Shown here one piece after another: positions 32,673-42,090 of a stretch of 64,000 bases of DNA. Position 1 is the stretch's first letter. The number at the start of each line of letters is the position of its first letter. Location: assembly GCA_035473555.1 (NCBI GenBank), contig DATIOC010000043.1, forward strand, positions 73 through 64,072. Reading direction: 5' to 3'. Under the pieces are notes generated by a model. The model had not been told where the DNA came from and ran no database searches. It saw only the letters and a program-made list of their open reading frames with translations. Source of the DNA: Solirubrobacterales bacterium. Its GTDB lineage: Bacteria; Actinomycetota; Thermoleophilia; Solirubrobacterales; 70-9. The position numbers were made by a program, and so were the translations under genes.

Positions 32673-32679
32673 AGGTCCC

Positions 32680-34647
<1,968 letters not shown>

Positions 34648-34677
34648 GGCCCCAAAGCTACCCGAGGCAGGCGCGGG

Positions 34678-35913
34678 TTAATACCCAGCAGGGTGTCTAG
34701 CTATGAAGCCTTCTGGCGAATCAACCCAGGGGTCGTGCCAGCGGGGGCCGGGGCCGCCGACCGTGTCGAAGGCGATGCCGGCGACGACCATCCAGGCGTG
34801 GCCGGAGTTGGCGTAGACGGTGATCCACTGGCCGGGCCCGGGTTCGCCCCAGGTCTCCAGGCCGGTCGAGTCGAGCGGGCTTTCGAGGAAGCCGCCGCCG
34901 TGCAGGGCGTAGCTGACCGCGCCGGAGCAGTCGTAGCCGGAGGATTCGAAGGAGCCGTGGCCGCCGCCCCAGATGTAGGGGGTGGTGGCGATCGCGTTGC
35001 CGGCGGAGATCACGTCCTGGACCGCCGCCGGAGCCGAGGCCGGAGCGCTCGCTTCGCTTTCGCTCAGCACCTGCGCTTCCTGGCCGGGGTTGAGCGGCGC
35101 CGGCAGCTGGCCTTCGGTCGCGTCGCCGCCTTCGGAGGCGACCTGTTCGGAGATCGCCGAGAGGTTGTCGCTGAGCGCCGATTCCCGGGACTGCAGCGCG
35201 TCGAGCGCTTCCTGGCGCTCGGCCTGTTCGGCCTTTAGTTCATGGAAGCGGGCCGAGGCGGCCTGGCTGGCGGCGGCGACTTCGCGCTCCTTGGTGGCGA
35301 CTTCGTCGCGCGCGGTTTCGATCTTCGCCCGCTGCGCGTCGAGCCGCTCGACCGCCGAGCGGACCTGGTCGCGCAGGCTCTTGACCCGGTTGACGACCGC
35401 GTCGTCGTATTCCTGGATCTGGCGCAGGTACTCGGTCTGCGCGGCCATCTCGTCCCAGTCTTCGGATTCGAGGATCGCGTTCAGCATGTCCGGCGAGCCC
35501 GACTCGTAGATCGCGACCAGCCGCTCGCTCAGCACCCCCATCGCCCGCTGCAGCTTCGCCCGCACCCGCTCGAGGTGTTCTTCTTCGGCTTCCAGCGCCG
35601 CGGTCGCCCGCTTCAGTTCGGCTTCTTTTTCGGCCAGTTCGGCCTCGACCGCTTCCTGTTCCTGGCGCAGGGCCGAGACTTCGCCCAGCTTCGCGTCGAT
35701 CGCCCGGTTCTGTTCGGCGATGCTGGCGGCCAGTTCGTCGCCCTGTTCGCGCACCCCTTCGAGCTTGTCGCGCGTCTGTTCCAGCTTCTGCTGGGGATCG
35801 GCCGGCGCGGTTTCCGTCCAGGCGAGGGCCAGCGCGCAGGTTGCGGCCAAAAGCAGCGCGGCGAAGATCAGAGCACGGCGCCGCGCTGCGCTCGTGGAGG
35901 AGCTGAACAGCAC
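34678..35913 (-). CDS. Secreted coiled-coil + NlpC/P60 (C40) peptidoglycan endopeptidase
   Basis: Signal peptide, ~250 aa of heptad-rich coiled coil, then a C-terminal ...YIWGGGHGSFESSGYDCSGAVSYAL... (catalytic Cys). Confidence 0.85.
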   Translation of the reverse strand: MLFSSSTSAARRRALIFAALLLAATCALALAWTETAPADPQQKLEQTRDKLEGVREQGDELAASIAEQNRAIDAKLGEVSALRQEQEAVEAELAEKEAELKRATAALEAEEEHLERVRAKLQRAMGVLSERLVAIYESGSPDMLNAILESEDWDEMAAQTEYLRQIQEYDDAVVNRVKSLRDQVRSAVERLDAQRAKIETARDEVATKEREVAAASQAASARFHELKAEQAERQEALDALQSRESALSDNLSAISEQVASEGGDATEGQLPAPLNPGQEAQVLSESEASAPASAPAAVQDVISAGNAIATTPYIWGGGHGSFESSGYDCSGAVSYALHGGGFLESPLDSTGLETWGEPGPGQWITVYANSGHAWMVVAGIAFDTVGGPGPRWHDPWVDSPEGFIARHPAGY

Positions 35914-36000
35914 GACGGCGCAGGCTAGCGAAGCCGCCTAAACGCCCTGGAAGTAGTCGATAACCCGCAACTTCCCTTGCAATTTGCGGGGATTGGAGGA

Positions 36001-36028
36001 GTCCGGGGGCCGCCGTCGACCCCCGGAC
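36001..36028 (-). terminator. 9-bp perfect GC hairpin (GTCCGGGGG-N10-CCCCCGGAC) downstream of the SHOCT gene
   Basis: Lies 12 nt past the stop at 36040. There is no U-tract. It shares the TCCGGGGG 8-mer with the MMPL palindromic elements. Confidence 0.35.
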
Positions 36029-36039
36029 CCGAAGCGCTT

Positions 36040-36438
36040 CTAGGCCAGCAGCTTGGCCTTCGCCTGGTCGAACTCCGCCTGGCTGAGGTCGCCTTTCGCC
36101 TTCAGCTCGGAGAGCTTGTGCAGCTCGTCGGCGGAAGAGCCGGCGTGCGCCTGCTGCTGGACGTATTCGTCGAAATGCTTTTTCGCGTCGGCCTGGGCTT
36201 GGATCGTGCGATCGCGCATGCCGCTGCCGCGGGCGATCAGGTAGATCAGGGACGCCAGGAAGGGGACGATGACGAGGAACAGGCACCACCCCGCCTTGCC
36301 CCAGCCGGACAACTCGTGGTCACGGAAGAGATCGGTGAGGATCGTGATCAGGATCCAGATCCAGATCACGAAGAAGAACACCTCGAGCGCGATGAGGAGG
36401 AGTTCCCCAAAGCTGACGTCGGCGATTGGGAGTGGCAC
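36040..36438 (-). CDS. Membrane protein with PLD-nuclease N-terminal (PLDc_N) TM domain and a C-terminal SHOCT domain
   Basis: ...GWGKAGWCLFLVIVPFLASLIYLIARG... followed by ...LHKLSELKAKGDLSQAEFDQAKAKLLA. Confidence 0.75.
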   Translation of the reverse strand: MPLPIADVSFGELLLIALEVFFFVIWIWILITILTDLFRDHELSGWGKAGWCLFLVIVPFLASLIYLIARGSGMRDRTIQAQADAKKHFDEYVQQQAHAGSSADELHKLSELKAKGDLSQAEFDQAKAKLLA

Positions 36439-36467
36439 TTTGCTTCCTTTCGGTGGTACTGGCGGGT

Positions 36468-37220
36468 CTAGTTAGTTTGGATTCTCATTGCAAAAAGCAC
36501 AATTGCAACCGAGGTGGCCAGGTTCAGACTGGATACACCTTCGCGCATCGGGATCGAGACGCGCGCCTCGGCCCGCTCGAAGACCTCGCTGCTGAGGCCG
36601 TGGCGCTCGGTGCCGAAGGCGAGGATCGCCCGCTCGGGGACCACTCCGGGCGCCAGCTCCTCCCCCTCGGGGTCGATCGCCAGCAGCGGCCTGTCGCTCG
36701 CCGGCAGGCTCTCGACCCGGGCGACGGGGAGTGCGAACTGCAGCCCGGCGGCGCCGCGCACCGCGTCGGGGTGCCAGGGGTCGTTCTCGCCCGTCGCGAT
36801 CAGCGCCGCCGCCCCGGCCGCGGCCGCGACCCGGATGCAGGCGCCGATGTTGCCCATGTTGCGCGGCTGCTCGAGCAGGACCGCCGGGGCCGGTGAGGGG
36901 TCGGCAAGCGCCGCGGCGAGGTCGACCCGCGGGCGGCGCGCGATCGCGGCGACGCCGGTGTGCGGGACCAGCGGGACCAGGTCGGCGAGGGTCGCCTTGT
37001 CGACCGCCTGAACGACGCCGGCGAGCTGCCCGGTCAGGTCGGGCGCCAGCTCCGCCGCCATCGCCTCCAGGGCCGGCGGGTCGACCGCGACCGCCTCGAC
37101 CAGCTCGGCGCCGAACCGCAGCGCGTGCTTCAGCGCGTGGAAGCCCTCGACGACGGTCAGCTCGGGGTCGCGGCGAGCGGTGCGGAAGCGCACGGCGCGG
37201 TCGTGCTCTTCGCGGCCCAT
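36468..37220 (-). CDS. TrmH/SpoU-family RNA 2'-O-methyltransferase
   Basis: ...LLEQPRNMGNIGACIRVAAAAGA..., ...ILAFGTERHGLS..., ...IPMREGVSSLNLATSVAIVLF. Confidence 0.85.
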   Translation of the reverse strand: MGREEHDRAVRFRTARRDPELTVVEGFHALKHALRFGAELVEAVAVDPPALEAMAAELAPDLTGQLAGVVQAVDKATLADLVPLVPHTGVAAIARRPRVDLAAALADPSPAPAVLLEQPRNMGNIGACIRVAAAAGAAALIATGENDPWHPDAVRGAAGLQFALPVARVESLPASDRPLLAIDPEGEELAPGVVPERAILAFGTERHGLSSEVFERAEARVSIPMREGVSSLNLATSVAIVLFAMRIQTN

Positions 37221-37238
37221 CCGCGAATCATTACCGGC

Positions 37239-38615
37239 TTAACCAGTGAGTTGCGCCTGCGCGAGCTGGTTGCGGCCGCTCGCCTTCGCCAGGTAGAGCG
37301 CCTCGTCGGCGCGCCGCAGCAGGTCGTCGATGCTCTCGGCGCGGTCCCAGAGGGCGAGGCCGGCCGAGCAGGTCTGCCCCATCGGTGTCGTCCCCCGCAG
37401 CCGTTCGACGATCTCCGCCGCATGTTCGGGCTCGGTGTCGGGCAGCAGGACGAGGAACTCCTCGCCGCCGAAGCGGACCAGGGTGTCTTCGCCTCGCAGG
37501 GCGCCATCCCATTCGCGGGCGCAGGCGCGCAGCACCTCGTCGCCGGCGAGGTGGCCGTGGCTGTCGTTGTAGGCCTTGAAGTGGTCGATGTCGACGATCG
37601 CCAGGCAGAGCGACAGCTCGTTGCGGCGGGCGCGGGCCATCTCCTTCGGCAGCAGCTCCTGCAGCACCCGCCGGTTGGGCAGCCCGGTCAGCGCGTCGTG
37701 GCGCGCAAGGTCCTGGACCTCGCCCAGCAGCCGCTCGCGCTCGCCCTCGATCAGCTTCAGCTGGGTGACGTCGGTCGAACGCGCGTAGACGACCCCTTCG
37801 TCCTTCGCCAGGGTCGAGCTGGTGCGCAGCCAGTGCCAGCTGCCGTCCTTGGCGCGGACCCGGGTCTCGAGGCTGGCCGAGGAGCCCGTCTTGAACAGGC
37901 TCAGCGCCTCGGCGAGCGCCCGCTCGTGGTCGTCGGGGTGGGTGAGTTCGAGCAGGTTCATCCCCCGCAGCTCCTCGGCGGAGTAGCCGAGGTGGTGGGT
38001 CCAGGCGCTGTTGACCTCGCGGCAGCGGCCTTCCTCGTCCATCGTGCAGAGCATGTCGTGGGAGAGCTCGAAGAAGCGGCGGGCGCGCTTGTCGGAGCGG
38101 GCCTGGGCGTTGACGATCTCGCTGACCAGCAGCATCACCACTCCGAGCGAGATGAAGGTGAAGAGCCAGCGGGTCAGCGGCGAGTAGCCGGCAGTGCTTT
38201 CGACCAGCAGTAGGGTCGCCGCATATACCGCCTGCAGCCAGGCAAAGTGGACGACCGCGATCCGCCGCGGGAAGAAGTAGGACGAGATCAGGGTCGCCCA
38301 GACGAAGACCGTCCCGTACTGGCCGACCGCGGCGCCGGACTCGTAGATCAGCAAGCCGGTCGCCCCGACCGAGCCGGCGATCAGCGCGTGCACGCCGAAC
38401 CGCGGCAGCCGCCCGGCGAAGGCAAAGCAGAGCAGGCCGACCAGGGCCATGGTCGCGGCGATCGCGACCAGCGCGGTCTGGTTGCCGCCGCTGGGGTGCG
38501 GCAGCGCCAGGGAAAGGGCGACGAGGGCGGCGCCGGCGATCGGAAGCGCCGCGGCGGCGCGGACTTCCCAGCCGCCGAGGCCTTTTTCCGTTACCCGATT
38601 TTGAGGACTCGCCAT
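37239..38615 (-). CDS. Membrane-anchored PAS-GGDEF diguanylate cyclase
   Basis: In-frame lower part of ORF 37239..39665, starting at MASPQNR (38615). It has ~6 TM segments, a PAS domain (...CTMDEEGRCREVNSAWTHHLGY...), and GGDEF (RFGGEEFLVLL, with DALTGLPNRR upstream). Confidence 0.88.
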   Translation of the reverse strand: MASPQNRVTEKGLGGWEVRAAAALPIAGAALVALSLALPHPSGGNQTALVAIAATMALVGLLCFAFAGRLPRFGVHALIAGSVGATGLLIYESGAAVGQYGTVFVWATLISSYFFPRRIAVVHFAWLQAVYAATLLLVESTAGYSPLTRWLFTFISLGVVMLLVSEIVNAQARSDKRARRFFELSHDMLCTMDEEGRCREVNSAWTHHLGYSAEELRGMNLLELTHPDDHERALAEALSLFKTGSSASLETRVRAKDGSWHWLRTSSTLAKDEGVVYARSTDVTQLKLIEGERERLLGEVQDLARHDALTGLPNRRVLQELLPKEMARARRNELSLCLAIVDIDHFKAYNDSHGHLAGDEVLRACAREWDGALRGEDTLVRFGGEEFLVLLPDTEPEHAAEIVERLRGTTPMGQTCSAGLALWDRAESIDDLLRRADEALYLAKASGRNQLAQAQLTG

Positions 38616-38647
38616 GCCTGCGGCATCGGCAAAACCCCATGTTTCCT

Positions 38648-40249
38648 TTAGCCGCGAACCACCTGGAACTGGGACATCAGTCCATGGTCCTCGTGGTCCA
38701 GCATGTGGCAGTGGACGACGAACTTCCCGGTGTAGTCGGAGAAGTGACCGGCAAGGAGAATTTTTTCGTTGGGGTAGACGAAGAACGTCTCCTTGAGGCA
38801 GTCTTCCCAGGGCGGCGGCGGCTTGCCGTTGCGCGCGAGCAGGTACCAGTCGGTGTGGTGCAGGTGCATCACGTGGGCGACGCTGGTCTTGTTGTGGATT
38901 TCCCAGGTCTCGGTCGTGTTCAGCTTCGGGAACGCCTCGACGTGGGCGGGGTTGAAGGTCCGCCCGTTGATCCGCCAGGTGGTCTTGAAGAAGCCGCCGA
39001 TCGTCACCTCCCAGACCTTGTCGGGAGGGCGCTTGGCCTGGCGGGTCCAGGCCGGCAACGGCCGCAGGTGGCGTGGCACCCGGCTGGGGTCGGGCACGCG
39101 GTCGGCGCCGACGCGGAACTGCATCAGGGCGCCGCCGTAGGTATTGGCGCCGTCGGGGTTGCGGCCGGGGTGGCGTTTCGTGCTGCGGAGCTCGACGCTC
39201 TGGCCGCGGGCGGCGGCGAAGTCGACGATCACCTCGACCCGCTCCGCCGGCCCGAGCATGATCTCGCGACGGCGGATCGGCTTCGGCATCAGCCCGCTTT
39301 CGGTCGCGATCTGGACCATCGACAGCCCGCCGGTGAGCTGCAGGTTGTAGCTGCGAAAGGAGGAGACGTTGAGCAGCCGCAGCCGGTAGCGGCGGGCTTC
39401 GACCCGGTGGTGGGGCATGTAGGCGCCGTTGACGAGGACGGTCTCGGCGAGGATCCCGTCGGCCGGCGGGCGGCGGTCGTCGCTGAAGGGGTCGGTGAGC
39501 TGGTTGCGGGGGTCGAAGGTGCGGTCGCAGATCATCAGCGGCAGGTCGCGATCGCCCTCCGGCAGCGGCAGCGAGTCCTCGAAGTCGTCGTCGACGATCC
39601 ACATCCCCGCCAGGCCCTTCCAGACGTGGGGAGCGGTGCGGTCGAGGCGGTGGTCGTGGTACCACTGGAACGAGGCGCGTTCGGGATCGCCGCCCTCGCG
39701 GAGGTCGTAGACGTAGGTTTTGCGGGCGCCGGGCTCGAGCAGGGTGTCGTTGCCCGACTCGCGGGCCGAGAGGTCGCGGGGGATGCGGCAGTACAGGGAG
39801 CTCGGCTGGGCCTTGGTCAGGCCGCCGGGCTGGCCGTCGAACTGGGTGCGGTTGTGGCCGCCGTGGAGGTGGACCGAGAGCTCACCGACCTTCTCCGGCA
39901 GCTGGTGGTGGAAGGTGACGCGGGTGCGCTCCCCGGCGCGGCGGCGGATCGTCGGCCCGGGGAAGCTGCCGCCGTAGGTCCAGAGCTTGGTCTTGCGGCC
40001 GGGGAGGATCTGCTGCTCGGCCTCGCGGATCGGAATCCGGATGTGGTCGTCGCGCAGGACCGGCGGGATCGGCAGCCGGGCGCGGAACGGGGTCGCGGCG
40101 AGCGCCGCGGAGGGCTCGGCGCTCAGCGGCAGAAGGCCGCCGCTCCTGCCCCGCAGGGGCAGGAGGGCGGCAATGGCGCCGCCGCCGAGGGCGCCGAGGA
40201 AAGCTCGGCGCCCGAAGCGGCGACGCGGTGTTGAGGGCTGCCCAGCCGT
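38648..40249 (-). CDS. Tat-exported three-domain multicopper oxidase (the 5' end is unresolved because there is no canonical start codon)
   Basis: The ORF track begins at M 39604, but the same frame stays open up to 40297. That extension encodes RRRFGRRAFLGALGGGAIAALL (a Tat motif) and cupredoxin domain 1 with VHLHGG and WYHDH. C-terminal copper ligands are MHLHH and HCHMLDHEDHGLM. Confidence 0.85.
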   Translation of the reverse strand, partial: TAGQPSTPRRRFGRRAFLGALGGGAIAALLPLRGRSGGLLPLSAEPSAALAATPFRARLPIPPVLRDDHIRIPIREAEQQILPGRKTKLWTYGGSFPGPTIRRRAGERTRVTFHHQLPEKVGELSVHLHGGHNRTQFDGQPGGLTKAQPSSLYCRIPRDLSARESGNDTLLEPGARKTYVYDLREGGDPERASFQWYHDHRLDRTAPHVWKGLAGMWIVDDDFEDSLPLPEGDRDLPLMICDRTFDPRNQLTDPFSDDRRPPADGILAETVLVNGAYMPHHRVEARRYRLRLLNVSSFRSYNLQLTGGLSMVQIATESGLMPKPIRRREIMLGPAERVEVIVDFAAARGQSVELRSTKRHPGRNPDGANTYGGALMQFRVGADRVPDPSRVPRHLRPLPAWTRQAKRPPDKVWEVTIGGFFKTTWRINGRTFNPAHVEAFPKLNTTETWEIHNKTSVAHVMHLHHTDWYLLARNGKPPPPWEDCLKETFFVYPNEKILLAGHFSDYTGKFVVHCHMLDHEDHGLMSQFQVVRG

Positions 40250-40253
40250 GCCG

Positions 40254-40856
40254 CTAGCTGGTCGGCGCCGGCAGCGGGACCACCGGCGCGACGACGTTCA
40301 CTTTGCCCTGCATCCAGGGGTGAACGGCGCACATGTAATAGAGCGTGGTGCCCGGCGCGGCGGTGACTTCCTGGCTGAAGGTCTCGCCCTTCTTTTCGGT
40401 GAACCAGGAGTCGCCCTTCTTGCCGGTGGCGTTGCCGGCAGTGCTCCAGCCGGCGGGTCCGGCCTTGGCCGGGTTCTTGGTGATCTCTTCGGTTTTCGGG
40501 TTGAAGCCGTGCCAGATCGCGACCGCGAGGCAGATGTGCTTCGGCGTGAAGCAGTTCTTCCGCGCTTTCGGGGTCTTCGGCTGCGAGCTCTGGGTGACCA
40601 GCGAGAAGGTGTGCGGGCCGACCTGTTTCGGGTTCGTGTCGTTGACGATTTCCAGCTGGTCGCCGGCGGTGACCGATTCCGGGCCGACGAATTTCAGCTT
40701 GCCTTTGGTCAACTCGATGTCGACCTTCTGGGTGACGCCGGTGGGCGTCGCGGCGCTGGCGATGCCGGCTCCGCCGACGGCGAGGACGAAGGCGGCGCTG
40801 GAAGCCGCGAGAGCCACTGCCCGCAGACGGGCGCGGCGTGAAAGCTTGCTGTGCAA
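40254..40856 (-). CDS. Secreted type-1 copper (cupredoxin, plastocyanin/azurin-like) protein
   Basis: Signal peptide LRAVALAASSAAFVLAVGGAGIASA, with the copper site ...HTF... and ...YYMCAVHPWMQGKVNV (C-x2-H-x2-M). Start taken at TTG 40856, which has a GAAAGG RBS; the ORF track start at 40946 is possible. Confidence 0.75.
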   Translation of the reverse strand: MHSKLSRRARLRAVALAASSAAFVLAVGGAGIASAATPTGVTQKVDIELTKGKLKFVGPESVTAGDQLEIVNDTNPKQVGPHTFSLVTQSSQPKTPKARKNCFTPKHICLAVAIWHGFNPKTEEITKNPAKAGPAGWSTAGNATGKKGDSWFTEKKGETFSQEVTAAPGTTLYYMCAVHPWMQGKVNVVAPVVPLPAPTS

Positions 40857-41010
40857 GACGTGCCTTTCTCTATGTGAATACCGAACGGTCGGGGGGAATC
40901 CCCCGCGGCCGCCGAGCACCGTATTACGCCGGTCGGGCGACCGCAACGGCCACGCCCGCGCCTACCTGCTTTTCGGCCCATTCCGACCCCGGTAACCTTG
41001 AGTCCCTCCA

Positions 41011-41388
41011 GTGCCAACTTTTCTCCACACCTGCTACCGGATCGGCGAGATCGACCGCTCGGTCGAGTTCTACGAGAAGCTCGGCTTCGAGGAGGTGCGG
41101 CGGATGCCGATCGGCGACGAGGCGGTCAACGTCTTCATGGCGATGCCCGGCGAGGACCCCCGACTCGAGCTGACCTACAACCACGGCGTCACCGAGTACG
41201 ACCACGGCACCGGCTACAACCACATCGCCCTCGGCGTCGAGGGCCTCGACGCCACCCTGGCGCGCCTCGCGACCCTCGGGATCGAGCCCGAAAAGCCCCC
41301 CTACCGCCCCGGCGGCCGCACCGAGGGCCACCGCATCTGCTTCGTCAGAGATCCCGACGGCTACCGGATCGAGCTGATCGGGCTTTGA
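41011..41388 (+). CDS. gloA: Lactoylglutathione lyase (glyoxalase I, VOC family)
   Basis: FLHTCYRIGEIDRSVEFYEKLGFEE...ELTYNHG...GYNHIALGVE...ICFVRDPDGYRIELI. Confidence 0.85.
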   Translation: MPTFLHTCYRIGEIDRSVEFYEKLGFEEVRRMPIGDEAVNVFMAMPGEDPRLELTYNHGVTEYDHGTGYNHIALGVEGLDATLARLATLGIEPEKPPYRPGGRTEGHRICFVRDPDGYRIELIGL

Positions 41389-41945
41389 CCAGGCGCGCAG
41401 CGGCGCTGGCGATCGCCCTCGCCTTGGTTCTCCCGGCGGCTGCGGGCGCCGACGGACCGCACACTCCCTTCGTCGTTGCCAGCGGCAAGAGTCTCTACGG
41501 GGTGCCATGGCGCATCCGCATGGGCGAAGAAACCAGCAGGCTGGTGAAGCCGGATGGCACCTACGGCGGGAAGGTTCAGTGGGCGACGCTCTGGTTCTCG
41601 ATCGGCGATCCGGCGGAGAACGACGCGGGCTACTTCTCTTCCTTCCCGCTGCCGATCCCACAAACCTTCGTCTTCCACGCCAATGAGGGCGGTGAAGTCG
41701 ACGAATTCCCGGAGTCGGATACGAGCGGGATGGCGAACCGGCGGGTCGCCAAGCTGGTGGCGACGATGAGCGACGGCACCACGCTCGAGTTCGCAACCCA
41801 ACTGCCGCCGAAGCGCCTCAGCGACCGCCACCACTGGCTGCGGCGAGTGCGCTTCTTCGACCAGTTCTACCCGGCCGGAATCGAGCCGACCTCGATCGCC
41901 GCCTACGACCGCACCGGCAAGCTCCTCGAACGCCAGCCGTTCTAG
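41385..41945 (+). CDS. Hypothetical secreted protein
   Basis: TTG 41385 overlaps the gloA TGA (TTGA). Signal peptide LTRRAAALAIALALVLPAAAGADG. Strong GC3 bias. I did not recognise a domain. Confidence 0.55.
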   Translation: MTRRAAALAIALALVLPAAAGADGPHTPFVVASGKSLYGVPWRIRMGEETSRLVKPDGTYGGKVQWATLWFSIGDPAENDAGYFSSFPLPIPQTFVFHANEGGEVDEFPESDTSGMANRRVAKLVATMSDGTTLEFATQLPPKRLSDRHHWLRRVRFFDQFYPAGIEPTSIAAYDRTGKLLERQPF

Positions 41946-41985
41946 CCGCGCGCGAACGCGAGCTCATCAGCGAATAAGGCAGCAA

Positions 41986-42025
41986 CTCCGAGATTGTCCT
42001 CGCCAGAGCGAGGAGAACCTCGGAG
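41986..42025. terminator. Interrupted 13-bp hairpin between convergent genes
   Basis: CTCCGAG..CCTCGC-CAGA-GCGAGG..CTCGGAG. No U-tract. Confidence 0.3.
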
Positions 42026-42090
42026 TCGGCGATCAGCCACCCCTTCCGAGATTTGGGGGGCTATGGACCCCCGAAGTTCGGAATCGGTTA

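Noticed and set aside
38616-39665. Upper part of ORF 37239..39665 (808 aa)
   Set aside because: It is out of frame with, and overlaps, the multicopper oxidase coding sequence. The diguanylate cyclase homology starts at MASPQNR (38615).
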